Shown piece after piece: positions 17,951 to 30,676 of a stretch of DNA of 62,272 bases. Both the position numbers and the translations under genes were made by a program. A model generated the notes under the pieces. It saw only the letters and a list, made by a program, of their open reading frames with translations, made no database searches and was not told where the DNA came from. The stretch lies in the NCBI GenBank assembly GCA_002428085.1, contig DJAA01000034.1, forward strand, positions 18,984 to 81,255, given 5' to 3'. How positions within the stretch are numbered: the first letter of the stretch is position 1; every line of letters begins with the position of its first letter. Source of the stretch: Sulfurimonas sp. UBA6014 (GTDB lineage Bacteria; Campylobacterota; Campylobacteria; Campylobacterales; Sulfurimonadaceae).

Positions 17951-17957
17951 TTTTATC

Positions 17958-17985
17958 TATTTGGGCAATCGCCCAAATATTTTCT
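17958..17985 (+). terminator. Rho-independent terminator after rpmA
   Basis: Stem TATTTGGGC / GCCCAAATA with loop AATC, followed by TTTTCT. Confidence 0.7.
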
Positions 17986-18104
17986 ACTCCAACTGCTAGG
18001 TTTCATATTTAAAAATCTAAATCTAAATAATTAATAATCCACTTTTTGCTTCTAAGGGAAGTGAATTTTTAAGTATTAAAGAATTATTGTATTGAGGAAA
18101 ACAA

Positions 18105-19211
18105 ATGTTTACAGATAGTGTCGAATTAACAGTCTCATCAGGAAAAGGTGGACAAGGTTGTGTAGCATTTCGCCGTGAAAAATTTGTTTTACAAGGTGGT
18201 CCAAACGGCGGTGATGGCGGTGCTGGCGGAGATATTATTTTTCGATGTGACAACAATACACATACCCTCTCGCATTTTCAAAGAAAAATGCATATTAAAG
18301 CTGACAATGGCATGCAGGGTGATACTTCTCGAATGACAGGAAAATCTGGAGCAGACAAAGTGATTATTGTTCCTCCAGGGACACAGATTATTGATGTAGA
18401 AACAGGTGATATTTTATTTGACATGCTCAAAGATTCGCAAGAAGAGAGATTTGTCAAAGGTGGAAGAGGTGGACTTGGAAACTTTCACTTTAAATCATCA
18501 ACAAATCAAAGACCAACCTATGCACAACCTGGTGAGCAAGGGATTACCAAGCTTATAAAATTAGAATTAAAGCTTATAGCCGATGTTGGTCTTGTTGGTT
18601 TTCCAAATGTTGGCAAATCTACACTTATCTCTACAGTCTCAAACGCACGTCCTGAGATTGCAAATTATGAATTTACAACGCTGACTCCAAAACTAGGTCA
18701 AGTCAATATTGGTGATTTTGAGTCTTTTATCATGGCAGATATTCCAGGTATTATTGGTGGCGCCCATGAAGGGAAAGGTCTTGGAATTCAATTTTTAAGA
18801 CATATCGAAAGAACAAAAATACTTCTTTATATGATAGATTTAGCCTCGTACAGAGATTTGAAAGAGCAGTACGAAACGCTTAAAAATGAAATTTTAGCAT
18901 TTTCACAAATCATGAGCACCAATAAATACGCCATAGCACTTACAAGAGCTGATGTTGTTCCACCTGAAGAAATTTCAGATTTAGTAAGTAGTTTTTTGGA
19001 TTTGGTTGGAGTCAAAGCTAAGGAAAAAAGTGAATATGATTTTGATGCAACAATCCCTTATTTTATTCAAGAGAGTGCAGATGAGACATTAGGGTATGAT
19101 AAATCTCTCCCTTATTTTGTAGTGCCTATATCTTCTGCTACAACGAGAAATATAGAACCTCTCAAATATGCACTCTTTAATCTAGTTCGTACCGATAGAA
19201 AAACTTACTAG
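18105..19211 (+). CDS. obg: GTPase Obg/CgtA
   Basis: Glycine-rich Obg fold (GGPNGGDGGAGGDI) and G1 motif GFPNVGKST. Confidence 0.95.
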   Translation: MFTDSVELTVSSGKGGQGCVAFRREKFVLQGGPNGGDGGAGGDIIFRCDNNTHTLSHFQRKMHIKADNGMQGDTSRMTGKSGADKVIIVPPGTQIIDVETGDILFDMLKDSQEERFVKGGRGGLGNFHFKSSTNQRPTYAQPGEQGITKLIKLELKLIADVGLVGFPNVGKSTLISTVSNARPEIANYEFTTLTPKLGQVNIGDFESFIMADIPGIIGGAHEGKGLGIQFLRHIERTKILLYMIDLASYRDLKEQYETLKNEILAFSQIMSTNKYAIALTRADVVPPEEISDLVSSFLDLVGVKAKEKSEYDFDATIPYFIQESADETLGYDKSLPYFVVPISSATTRNIEPLKYALFNLVRTDRKTY

Positions 19212-19219
19212 AGCGTATC

Positions 19220-19984
19220 ATGAAGAGAGTTGTCGTAAAAGTTGGAAGTGCAGTTTTAGCCCAAAATGGTGTTTTGGCAGAAGAAAGAATGCAGGCATTA
19301 GTAGATTTTTTATCGCAACTTCACCAATCCCATGAAGTTATTTTAGTCTCTTCAGGCGCAGTAGCTGCGGGATATATCCAACTCCAACTTGATAGAAAAA
19401 TTTTGCAAAACAAGCAAGCATTGGCTTCTATAGGGCAACCTGTTCTCATGAATAGATACGCTCAGAAATTTTCCAAATATGATATCCTAACAGCACAAGT
19501 TTTGGTAACTGCGGCAAATTTTAGAAAGGCTGGCGATATTACTAGAATCAAAAATACTGTCGATACACTTTTGCTCAATAAAGTTATTCCCATCGTCAAT
19601 GAAAATGATGCAACTGCAACGCAAGAGCTTGTTTTAGGTGATAATGATCAGCTTTCAGCATACATAACAAAGCATACAGATTCAGATATGTTGATAATAC
19701 TCTCGGACATTGATGCGTATTATGACTCTGACCCGCGTGAAAATCCAAATGCAAAGGTACTCAAAGTTGTAAATAGTATTGAAGATTCTCAACTGCAAAA
19801 AAATGCCAATCCAAATAATCTTTTTGCTACAGGCGGAATCGTTACAAAATTAAAAGCGGCTGCTTATCTCTTAGAATGTGGAAATAGTATGTTTTTATCA
19901 AGCGGATTTGATTTACATGACGTCAAAAGTTTTATGCTTGAAGATAAACATTTAGGCGGCACGCTGTTTAAAAAAGAGTTTTAA
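19220..19984 (+). CDS. proB: Glutamate 5-kinase (short form without PUA domain)
   Basis: Amino-acid kinase family; VVKVGSAVL N-terminus; 254 aa. Confidence 0.9.
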   Translation: MKRVVVKVGSAVLAQNGVLAEERMQALVDFLSQLHQSHEVILVSSGAVAAGYIQLQLDRKILQNKQALASIGQPVLMNRYAQKFSKYDILTAQVLVTAANFRKAGDITRIKNTVDTLLLNKVIPIVNENDATATQELVLGDNDQLSAYITKHTDSDMLIILSDIDAYYDSDPRENPNAKVLKVVNSIEDSQLQKNANPNNLFATGGIVTKLKAAAYLLECGNSMFLSSGFDLHDVKSFMLEDKHLGGTLFKKEF

Positions 19985-20892
19985 TGAAAATCATTTTTAT
20001 GGGTACACCAGAATATGCCAAAGTAATTTTGCAAAAAATGATTGATACAAAATGGATAGAAGTCGTTGCAGTTTATACCCAGCCCGATAAGCCTGTAGGG
20101 AGAAATAAAATAATGACTCCACCTCAAGTTAAGACTTTGGCATCTGCAAATTTTATCGATGTTTTTCAGCCGCAGAGACTTAGAGAGAAAGAAGTTGTTG
20201 AAGAGCTTTTAAAAATAGAGTGCGATTATATAGTTGTGGCTGCTTATGGACAAATTTTGCCTCGTGCTATTTTAGACCATGCGCCTTGTATAAATCTTCA
20301 CGCTTCCATACTGCCTCAGTATCGTGGAGCAAGTCCTATTCAGCAAACTCTTTTGAGTGGCGATAAAAAAACGGGTGTAGCTGCGATGCTTATGCAAGAG
20401 GGATTGGACACGGGAGATATTTTAAAAATCCAAACCGTTGATGTTTGTGATGATGTGATGGTTGAGGAACTTTTTCAAATACTGACTGATATTGCCGCAA
20501 ATTTGACTATAAATGTTTTAGAAAATTTTAGCTCATTCGTGCCAACTATACAAGATGAATCAAAAGCGACGCACTGTACAAAGATTAGTAAAGCTGAGGG
20601 TGAGATTATTTTTGATGATGCAGTAAAAATTTATAACAAATACCGTGCTTTTACCCCATGGCCAGGGGTTTATTTACCGAGTGGATTGAAGCTTAAAAAT
20701 ATCAAATTGGAAAATAAATCAAGTTCTAATACTATGGGAGAAATTTTAAAAATTGATGTTGATAGTATCGTGGTTGGTTGTAAAGAGGGGAGTTTGCGAA
20801 TATTTAGTGTTCAAGCTCCATCAAAAAATGAGATAGATATTCTCTCTTATGTGAATGGCAAAAGGCTTAAAGTTGAAGATACTTTATCTTGA
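19984..20892 (+). CDS. fmt: Methionyl-tRNA formyltransferase
   Basis: MKIIFMGTPEYA N-terminus and the HASILPQYRGASPIQ motif. Confidence 0.93.
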   Translation: MKIIFMGTPEYAKVILQKMIDTKWIEVVAVYTQPDKPVGRNKIMTPPQVKTLASANFIDVFQPQRLREKEVVEELLKIECDYIVVAAYGQILPRAILDHAPCINLHASILPQYRGASPIQQTLLSGDKKTGVAAMLMQEGLDTGDILKIQTVDVCDDVMVEELFQILTDIAANLTINVLENFSSFVPTIQDESKATHCTKISKAEGEIIFDDAVKIYNKYRAFTPWPGVYLPSGLKLKNIKLENKSSSNTMGEILKIDVDSIVVGCKEGSLRIFSVQAPSKNEIDILSYVNGKRLKVEDTLS

Positions 20893-21508
20893 GAGTGTAG
20901 ATTCAACTCAAAGTTATTTAAAAAACTTGGTTCGAAATGCAGGCATTACACTTCCATATGCCGTTGTAGCCAAAATACAAACAGATGGTGTTGGAAGTAG
21001 AGGAAATGCTTGGAGTGGCTTGGATGGAAATTTATTCCTCTCTTTTGCATTTTCCTTAGAAGATTTGCCGCAAGATTTAAAAATGGAATCATCATCCATC
21101 TATTTTTCCTATATTTTGAAAGAAACTTTAAGTGAAATGAATTCATCTGTTTGGTTAAAATGGCCAAATGATTTGTATATTGATGAAAAAAAAATCGGTG
21201 GAATGATTACAAATGTTATAAAAAATACTATCATTTGTGGACTAGGATTAAATTTAGTGAGTGCTCCTGAGGGTTTTTCAAGTTTAGATATAAGTATTTG
21301 TAATGAAGAGCTCCTGGAAAAATATTTTAAAAAAATAGAAACAAAAATTTCATGGAAGCAAGTTTTTAGTAAATATAAGTTAGAATTTTATAGAAATCAA
21401 AAATTTTTCACACATAAAAATAATTTAAGAATTTCATTAGAAGGTGCTGTACTGCAAAGTGACGGCTCGATTATAAAAAATGGCGAGAGGATACACAGCT
21501 TAAGATGA
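20855..21508 (+). CDS. birA: Biotin-[acetyl-CoA-carboxylase] ligase (group I, no HTH); start uncertain
   Basis: GVGSRGNAWSG biotin-binding loop and KWPNDLYI. The track start overlaps fmt by 38 nt, so a downstream TTG start is possible. Confidence 0.85.
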   Translation: MAKGLKLKILYLESVDSTQSYLKNLVRNAGITLPYAVVAKIQTDGVGSRGNAWSGLDGNLFLSFAFSLEDLPQDLKMESSSIYFSYILKETLSEMNSSVWLKWPNDLYIDEKKIGGMITNVIKNTIICGLGLNLVSAPEGFSSLDISICNEELLEKYFKKIETKISWKQVFSKYKLEFYRNQKFFTHKNNLRISLEGAVLQSDGSIIKNGERIHSLR

Positions 21509-22287
21509 GTGAAGTAATAGTAATAGCAAATCAGAAGGGTGGTGTTGGCAAAACAACAACTGCTGTAAACTTAGCCGCATCCCTTGCTGTAGCGGAAAAA
21601 AAAGTACTTTTAATCGATTCTGATCCTCAAGCTAATGCGACTACGTCCCTTGGTTTTCACAGAAATGATTATGAATTTAATCTCTATCATGTGCTTATAG
21701 GGACAAAAAATATAAAAGATATTATTTTAAAATCAGATTTACCAACACTCCATTTAGCTCCTTCAAATATAGGATTAGTAGGAATTGAAAAAGAATACTA
21801 TGATGCAAACAATACAAAAGGGCGAGAGCTTGTTTTAAAAAGAGCCATTGAGTGTATAAGAAAAGATTATGATTATATTATCATAGATTCACCTCCAGCA
21901 CTTGGGCCCATGACAATTAATGCGCTTTCAGCATCCAACTCAGTTATTATTCCTATCCAATGTGAATTTTTTGCATTGGAAGGTTTGGCACAACTTTTAA
22001 ATACAGTCAAGTTAGTGAGAAAGTCAATCAATCCAAAACTTAGCATAAAAGGTTTTTTGCCTACTATGTTTAGCCCTCAGAATAATCTTTCAAAGCAGGT
22101 ATTTGCAGATTTGAGGCAGCATTTTAATAATAAACTTTTTAAAGATGAAAAAGATGGATATATCGTAGTTCCAAGAAATGTAAAGTTGGCAGAGTCTCCA
22201 TCTTTTGGTAAACCTGTAATCCTTTACGATGTAAAATCACTCGGTTCTATTGCCTATCAAAGTTTAGCGCAAGCGATAATAAAATAA
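21505..22287 (+). CDS. parA: Chromosome partitioning ATPase ParA/Soj
   Basis: Deviant Walker A KGGVGKTTTAVNLA. Confidence 0.93.
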   Translation: MSEVIVIANQKGGVGKTTTAVNLAASLAVAEKKVLLIDSDPQANATTSLGFHRNDYEFNLYHVLIGTKNIKDIILKSDLPTLHLAPSNIGLVGIEKEYYDANNTKGRELVLKRAIECIRKDYDYIIIDSPPALGPMTINALSASNSVIIPIQCEFFALEGLAQLLNTVKLVRKSINPKLSIKGFLPTMFSPQNNLSKQVFADLRQHFNNKLFKDEKDGYIVVPRNVKLAESPSFGKPVILYDVKSLGSIAYQSLAQAIIK

Positions 22288-23138
22288 TGAAAACACAAGC
22301 TTTAGGGAGAGGGCTAGATGCCCTGTTTGGAGAAATTGACGAAGCGTATGAAAATGAAGGGACGCAGCAGGATGCAATTTTAGAAATTTCGCTAAAAGAT
22401 ATTCGACCCAATCCATACCAACCAAGAAAATCATTCGATGAAGAATCTTTGTCTGAATTAGCGGAGTCTATTAAAAAAGATGGATTGCTTCAACCGATAA
22501 TTGTAACAGAAGATATTGATGGCTATATTTTAATTGCAGGTGAGAGAAGATTTCGTGCTTCTAAATTGGCTAAGTTAAAAACAATACGTGCTATTGTGTT
22601 AAATAGTGATGAGCAAAAAATGAGACAATTTGCTCTGATTGAAAATATCCAAAGAGAAGATTTAAATTCAATTGAACTTGCTGATTCATATAATGAACTA
22701 ATCAAGTTGCATGATGTAACTCATGAAGAGTTATCACAAATGATTCATAAAAGTAGAGCACATATAACCAATACTATTAGACTGCTACAATTGTCTCAAA
22801 AAACTCAGAAATCCTTAATTGAAAAAAAAATCACTGCTGGTCATGCAAGGGTGCTTATTGGACTTGATGAGAAACAGCAGCAATTGATGGTAAACTCTAT
22901 AGTCGGTCAAAAGCTTAGTGTTCGAGATGTTGAACTAATGATGAAAAATATGAAAGAAACAGAGGAAGTTAAACCTACCACTGAAACAGCATTTCATTAT
23001 GATTTCCTAAATTTAAAAAATAAATTTTTAAATTTAGGTTTTCATGTCAAAACTTCCAAAAATAAAGTAACAATTGAATTTGAAAATGAAGATCAAATAG
23101 AAAAATTATTTCATATGCTTCCTCTTGATAATCATTGA
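22287..23138 (+). CDS. parB: Chromosome partitioning protein ParB/Spo0J
   Basis: ParB box motifs PNPYQPRK and GERRFRASKLA, plus an HTH region. Confidence 0.93.
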   Translation: MKTQALGRGLDALFGEIDEAYENEGTQQDAILEISLKDIRPNPYQPRKSFDEESLSELAESIKKDGLLQPIIVTEDIDGYILIAGERRFRASKLAKLKTIRAIVLNSDEQKMRQFALIENIQREDLNSIELADSYNELIKLHDVTHEELSQMIHKSRAHITNTIRLLQLSQKTQKSLIEKKITAGHARVLIGLDEKQQQLMVNSIVGQKLSVRDVELMMKNMKETEEVKPTTETAFHYDFLNLKNKFLNLGFHVKTSKNKVTIEFENEDQIEKLFHMLPLDNH

Positions 23139-23215
23139 TTCACACACTTAACTAAAAAATATAAAAATCTTTAATTTTTTTATCTAATTTAACTATCCTT
23201 TCAATTTATAAATTG

Positions 23216-23221
23216 TATAAT
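23216..23221 (+). promoter_or_regulatory. -10 hexamer TATAAT upstream of the atp operon
   Basis: TTGTATAAT about 22 nt before the strong RBS AGGAGG and the ATG at 23244. Confidence 0.4.
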
Positions 23222-23243
23222 CGTTTAACTTTTAGGAGGTGCT

Positions 23244-23666
23244 ATGTTAGATATAAATCCAATACTGCTTTTGGCTACATTTGTTGTATTTCTTTCACTC
23301 GTTGCTGTACTTAATCGTTGGCTTTATAATCCATTGTTTGCTTATATGAATAGTCGTGATTCACACATTAAAAAAGAACTAAATAAAATCAGTTCAAATG
23401 ACAATGAGGTTCAAGAATTACTTTTAAAAGCTCAAACGATAGTTATGAATGCCAAGTTAGATGCTGCGGCTCTAAGAGAGAAAGTTGTTGCAGATGCTAA
23501 AGAGTTAGCAGAGAGTAAATTAGAAGCTAAGCGTTCTGAATTAGCTAGTCAATATTTAGAATTTGAGAAGTCCCTTGCCAAATCTAAAGAACAATTAAAG
23601 AGTGACTTGTTATCTCAAGTGCCACTTTTTAGAGAAGCTGTTAAAGCTAAATTTAGTCAGTTGTAG
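23244..23666 (+). CDS. atpF': F0F1 ATP synthase subunit b'
   Basis: 140 aa with one N-terminal TM helix and a long charged helix. It is the first of two b-type genes preceding atpH. Confidence 0.85.
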   Translation: MLDINPILLLATFVVFLSLVAVLNRWLYNPLFAYMNSRDSHIKKELNKISSNDNEVQELLLKAQTIVMNAKLDAAALREKVVADAKELAESKLEAKRSELASQYLEFEKSLAKSKEQLKSDLLSQVPLFREAVKAKFSQL

Positions 23667-23679
23667 GAGGAGATAACAC

Positions 23680-24192
23680 ATGGGTAAAATTTTAATAACT
23701 TTATTAATGGTATCGACTTATGCACTGGCATCTGATAGTGGACATATGAGTAGTGATATAGTTCAAAGAACTGTTAACTTTTTATTGTTTGTTGGTCTAG
23801 TTTGGTATCTAGTTGCTGAACCTGTAAAAAACTATTTTGTATCTAGAAGTAAAGGTATTGCTGATGAATTACAAAAAGTTCAAGAGAAGTTAAAAGAGAC
23901 TATCGCTAGAAAAAATGAGGCACTAGATCAAATATCTGATGCTGAAAAATTTAAAGCAGAGTTACAAATAACTTCAAAAAAAGAAAATAAAATAATCAAT
24001 GATAATATTATGGCCCAATGTGATTTTGAACTAGAAAATATAGTGAAACAGAATGCTTCACTTATGGATTTTTTACAAAGAAAAATGGTTCGTAATGTTG
24101 TAGAAGAGACACTTGAAGAAGTCTTAGCTCAAGCAAGTGAGAGTTTCAATAAAGAAGCTATGGCTAATATTATCTTGAAAAAGGTAGCATAA
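23680..24192 (+). CDS. atpF: F0F1 ATP synthase subunit b
   Basis: 170 aa with a TM helix and a long charged helix. Its position is immediately before atpH. Confidence 0.85.
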   Translation: MGKILITLLMVSTYALASDSGHMSSDIVQRTVNFLLFVGLVWYLVAEPVKNYFVSRSKGIADELQKVQEKLKETIARKNEALDQISDAEKFKAELQITSKKENKIINDNIMAQCDFELENIVKQNASLMDFLQRKMVRNVVEETLEEVLAQASESFNKEAMANIILKKVA

Positions 24193-24194
24193 TT

Positions 24195-24725
24195 ATGAAA
24201 GAATTAATAGCTAAAAGATACATTAAAGCTTTAAAGAGCGGTTCCATGAAATCATTTGAAGAAACTGCCTCTTTTTTCTCTTCTTTAGCAGAGTCTTTTA
24301 AAGATGATAAGTTTATCAAAATAATTGATAATCCAAGTATTAGCGAAAAAGATAAAGCTGAAATATTGTTAGCAGCTGCTAGCTCAGCTAAATCAAATAA
24401 AATTAATAATTTGATAAAACTTCTTGCTGAACACAAGCGTATCAATATTATTCCTGCAATCGCGCTAGGGATGAAAAAAGAGCTTGCAAATTCAAGAAAA
24501 ACGTATCAAGGTTTTATTTATAGTGATAATGCAATTGATAAAAAATTAATCTCTGAACTAAGTGTTGGTTTGAGTAAAAAACTCGATGCTACTATTTCTC
24601 TAACTTTTATAAAAAATGATTTCGATGGCATTAAAGTAAATGTAGAGGATCTTGGTGTTGAGATTAATTTTTCTAAGGCAAGAATCAATAGTCAGTTAAT
24701 CGAACATATAGTAAAAGCAATTTAA
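24195..24725 (+). CDS. atpH: F0F1 ATP synthase subunit delta
   Basis: 176-aa OSCP-like protein located between atpF and atpA. Confidence 0.88.
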   Translation: MKELIAKRYIKALKSGSMKSFEETASFFSSLAESFKDDKFIKIIDNPSISEKDKAEILLAAASSAKSNKINNLIKLLAEHKRINIIPAIALGMKKELANSRKTYQGFIYSDNAIDKKLISELSVGLSKKLDATISLTFIKNDFDGIKVNVEDLGVEINFSKARINSQLIEHIVKAI

Positions 24726-24751
24726 CTTTTAACAAGAGGAGAACAAGAATA

Positions 24752-26269
24752 GTGGTGGCAAAAATTCAAGCTGATGAAATCAGCTCAATAATCAAAGAAC
24801 GTATCGATAACTTTGAATTAAGTGTAAATATTAACGAAACAGGCAGAATTGTTTCTTATGCTGATGGCGTTGCTCAAGTTTATGGACTAAGTAATGTTAT
24901 GGCTGGAGAAATGGTTGAATTCGAAGATGGAACAAGAGGTCTAGTTATGAATCTTGAAGAGAGCAGAGTAGGTGTTGTTATTCTTGGCTCTGGAGATTTA
25001 CTTAAAGAGGGAATGTCAGTTAAAAGACTTGGCCGTCTTCTTCGTGTTCCTGTAGGTGACGCTCTTTTAGGTCGTGTAGTAAATGCACTTGGAGAGCCAA
25101 TAGATGGAAAAGGTCCAATAGATACAACAGAGACGCGTTTTGTTGAAGAAAAAGCACCTGGAATCATGCAGAGAAAATCAGTTCATGAGCCATTAGCTAC
25201 AGGTATCAAAGCTATTGATGCACTTGTGCCAATCGGAAGAGGTCAAAGAGAACTTATCATCGGCGACAGACAAACTGGTAAAACAACTGTTGCATTAGAT
25301 ACTATCATTAACCAAAAAGGTAATGGTGTTATTTGTATATATGTTGCAGTTGGTCAAAAAGAATCCACAGTTGCACAAATTATCCGTCGTTTAGAAGAAC
25401 ACGGTGCCTTAGAATATACTATTATCGTATCTGCAACAGCTGCGGAAGCGGCTGCACTTCAATTTTTAGCTCCATATACTGGTGTGACTATGGGTGAATA
25501 TTTCCGTGATAATGCTAGACATGGTCTCATTGTATATGATGATTTATCTAAACATGCAGTTGCATATCGTGAAATGTCACTTATCCTTCGTCGCCCTCCA
25601 GGTCGTGAAGCATATCCTGGAGATGTTTTTTATGTTCACTCTCGTTTACTTGAACGTGCTGCAAAAATGAGCGATGAAGAGGGAGCTGGTTCGTTAACTG
25701 CACTTCCAATTATTGAAACACAAGCTGGTGACGTTGCGGCGTATATCCCAACCAATGTTATTTCTATTACGGATGGTCAAATTTTCCTTGAAACAGACCT
25801 TTTTAACTCGGGTGTTCGTCCAGCGATTAATGTTGGACTTTCAGTTTCTCGTGTTGGTGGTGCTGCTCAGATTAAAGCTACAAAACAAGTTGCTGGTACT
25901 TTAAGACTTGATCTTGCTCAATACCGTGAACTTCAAGCATTTGCTCAGTTTGCATCTGATCTTGATGAAGTTTCTCGTAATCAATTAGAGCGTGGACAGA
26001 GAATGGTTGAAGTTCTAAAACAAGGACCTTTTTCTCCTCTGTCTGCTGAGAAGCAAGTTGCAATCATTTTTGCTGGCAATGAAGGTTTCTTGGATGATAT
26101 GAATGCATCAAATGTTGTTCGTTTTGAAACTGAGTTATATCCATTTATAGAAGCTTCTTATCCTCAAGTTTTTGAAAATATTAGAAGTACTTCTAAAGTA
26201 GATGATGATACTAAAGCATTATTGATAAAAGCACTTGAAGAATTCAAAGCTAGCTTTATAGCAGCATAA
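24752..26269 (+). CDS. atpA: F0F1 ATP synthase subunit alpha
   Basis: Walker A GDRQTGKT; 505 aa; GTG start. Confidence 0.97.
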   Translation: MVAKIQADEISSIIKERIDNFELSVNINETGRIVSYADGVAQVYGLSNVMAGEMVEFEDGTRGLVMNLEESRVGVVILGSGDLLKEGMSVKRLGRLLRVPVGDALLGRVVNALGEPIDGKGPIDTTETRFVEEKAPGIMQRKSVHEPLATGIKAIDALVPIGRGQRELIIGDRQTGKTTVALDTIINQKGNGVICIYVAVGQKESTVAQIIRRLEEHGALEYTIIVSATAAEAAALQFLAPYTGVTMGEYFRDNARHGLIVYDDLSKHAVAYREMSLILRRPPGREAYPGDVFYVHSRLLERAAKMSDEEGAGSLTALPIIETQAGDVAAYIPTNVISITDGQIFLETDLFNSGVRPAINVGLSVSRVGGAAQIKATKQVAGTLRLDLAQYRELQAFAQFASDLDEVSRNQLERGQRMVEVLKQGPFSPLSAEKQVAIIFAGNEGFLDDMNASNVVRFETELYPFIEASYPQVFENIRSTSKVDDDTKALLIKALEEFKASFIAA

Positions 26270-26279
26270 GGGATACTTT

Positions 26280-28579
<2,300 letters not shown>

Positions 28580-28600
28580 TTCATATTCTAAAGGACTGAA

Positions 28601-28993
28601 ATGGATACGTTTAAACTTGAAATCCTAACCCCTAATGGTCAAATTTTTAATGGTGAGGCTGTTAGTGTAACTCTTCCAGGTGAAGAGGGTGAGTTTGGTG
28701 TTTTAGCACATCACGCTTCTCTCACCACCTTGTTGGAAGCAGGTGTTATAGATATTGAAAAAGAGAATAAAGCAGTTGAATCTATTTTAATCAACTGGGG
28801 TGTGGTCAATGTAGATGAAGAGAAGGTTATAGTTCTCGTAGAGGGTGCTGTTGCTATTCGTGGAGATAATGAAAGTGCAATCTCAAAAGCTCTTGAAGAT
28901 GCAAGAGAATTAATTTCTTCTATTGCAGATTCAAATTCTGCAATAGCATCAGTTTCTGCAAAAATAGAATCAGCTGCTAAAAGATTATTGTAA
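28601..28993 (+). CDS. atpC: F0F1 ATP synthase subunit epsilon
   Basis: 130-aa beta-sandwich plus helical hairpin pattern. Last gene of the atp operon. Confidence 0.93.
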   Translation: MDTFKLEILTPNGQIFNGEAVSVTLPGEEGEFGVLAHHASLTTLLEAGVIDIEKENKAVESILINWGVVNVDEEKVIVLVEGAVAIRGDNESAISKALEDARELISSIADSNSAIASVSAKIESAAKRLL

Positions 28994-28996
28994 TTC

Positions 28997-29563
28997 ATGA
29001 TAAATAATTTAATAGATTTTTATCTAAAAAGTCACCCAGTGACTTTGGGTGTCTTGATACTTTTATCAATTTATTTTATTGTAATGAATTGGGTCTTTTT
29101 TTATCGTTTATTTTATGTTAACAACTGGCTTATCAAAGAAGAAAATTCTTTAGAGTCATTACTTTTAGGTGCTTCTTCTGTAAGTGGAGAATCTTTTTTA
29201 AGTTATTTTGTTAAAACTAAATCTAATGTTTCTAAAGAAATATTAGATTTAGGTATATTGGCTGCAACAAAAGAGGTAACCAAAGGACTCTCTACTCTCT
29301 CTATATTTGCTTCAACAACCCCTTTTATAGGTCTCTTTGGTACTGTCGTATCGATTTTGGATACATTTACGCATATTGGACAAAGCACTGGAAGTATGTC
29401 TATTATTTCAAGTGGAGTTTCTGATGCTCTTGTTGCTACTGCAGCAGGTATATTTGTTGCTATTTTTGCTTACACATATCATCAAATTTTGAAGAGAAAA
29501 TCATCTGAAGTGATTGGTTTTATTCGAATGCAGAGTGAAGCAGTTTTAGCTCGTAAGGGGTAG
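28997..29563 (+). CDS. tolQ: MotA/TolQ/ExbB family proton-channel protein (Tol-Pal context)
   Basis: 188 aa with three TM segments and the conserved ...ATTAPFIGLFGTV... region. Starts 3 nt after atpC. Confidence 0.85.
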   Translation: MINNLIDFYLKSHPVTLGVLILLSIYFIVMNWVFFYRLFYVNNWLIKEENSLESLLLGASSVSGESFLSYFVKTKSNVSKEILDLGILAATKEVTKGLSTLSIFASTTPFIGLFGTVVSILDTFTHIGQSTGSMSIISSGVSDALVATAAGIFVAIFAYTYHQILKRKSSEVIGFIRMQSEAVLARKG

Positions 29564-29569
29564 AGTTTC

Positions 29570-29959
29570 ATGTATGAATGGGATGATAAGCCAGAACTAA
29601 ACATTACCCCTTTAGTGGATGTAATGTTAGTATTGTTAGCGATTTTAATGGTTATTGCTCCGAATATAATTTATGAAGAAAATATAAAACTTCCTCAGGG
29701 TTCTATCAGTAAACAGATTTCACAAATTCCTCCCGTTCATATTACGATTGATAAAGAGCTAAATATTAAAGTAAACAAAGAAAATTTTGATTTAAATTCA
29801 TTTGAAGATAATTTTTATACATATTCTCGAAATTTGGACTTAAAAGCTAGCGTTTTGATAAGTGCTGATAAAAGTTTAGATTATGGAACTGTCATGATGG
29901 TTTTAGCAGCTGTCAAATTGTCAGGATTTTCTGAGGTTTCTTTAGCTACAAATGGATAA
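29570..29959 (+). CDS. tolR: ExbD/TolR family protein
   Basis: 129 aa; ELNITPLVDVMLVLLAILMV signature. Confidence 0.88.
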   Translation: MYEWDDKPELNITPLVDVMLVLLAILMVIAPNIIYEENIKLPQGSISKQISQIPPVHITIDKELNIKVNKENFDLNSFEDNFYTYSRNLDLKASVLISADKSLDYGTVMMVLAAVKLSGFSEVSLATNG

Positions 29960-30674
29960 AAATAACTCTTATTTTTATCTAAGTGGTTTGATTTCCTTAT
30001 CACTTTTCACCTTTATTTCATTCTTGTTCATTCAAACACTTTTTTCAAATTCTAAAATTAAATCGTACGCATTAAAAAAAGATAATTTTATATCCGTTTC
30101 GATAAGTATGCCTGAACTCAAAACAAAAAGTAGTAAAAAAAACACCGTAGTTCCAATAATTGAAACTCAAGTCCCAATTGAGGCTAAAGAAATTGATATC
30201 GGAAATCTCTTTAGTGATGTTCAAACAAAGGAAATCACGAAAGAAAAAAAAGAAAAAAAGCCTGAAGAAAATAAAAGAATTCAAGAGATTCAAAAAAGAA
30301 TAAAAAGCAGTGAAGCCCAAACTCCTAATCAAATTGCAGAAGAGTTTAGTAAGGGTGAAAATGCTAAAGTGACTAGTAAAAATACTCCTTCTTCTACTGC
30401 GGATGAAGTAAATGAGTATTTTGCTAAAATTAACGCCCTAGTTTATAGTCATTTTTATCCACCACTAAATTCGCAAGGTCATAGTGTCAAAGCAGTCATT
30501 GAGCTAAGTGCTATTGGGAAGGTGTTAGATTTTAGAATTTTAAATAATTCTAATAATGCTGATTTAAATGAAGAGTGTGCAAAAATCAAAAAAAGATTAA
30601 GTAGTGTTTTGTTTCCGATAAATCCTGAAAATAAATCAGGACGTTACGTGATTATTTTAACCTCAGAGGAGTAG
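29952..30674 (+). CDS. TolA/TonB-like energy-transducer protein (N-terminal anchor, Lys/Glu-rich linker, TonB_C-like end)
   Basis: N-terminal TM segment, KEKKEKKPEENKR linker, and a C-terminal ~80-aa TonB-C-like fold pattern. Overlaps tolR by 8 nt. Confidence 0.7.
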   Translation: MDKNNSYFYLSGLISLSLFTFISFLFIQTLFSNSKIKSYALKKDNFISVSISMPELKTKSSKKNTVVPIIETQVPIEAKEIDIGNLFSDVQTKEITKEKKEKKPEENKRIQEIQKRIKSSEAQTPNQIAEEFSKGENAKVTSKNTPSSTADEVNEYFAKINALVYSHFYPPLNSQGHSVKAVIELSAIGKVLDFRILNNSNNADLNEECAKIKKRLSSVLFPINPENKSGRYVIILTSEE

Positions 30675-30676
30675 TT

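Noticed and set aside
22287-23243. Looked for a parS site (TGTTTCACGTGAAACA-like) in and after parB.
   Set aside because: No close match was seen by eye. I cannot exclude a diverged site without a pattern search.
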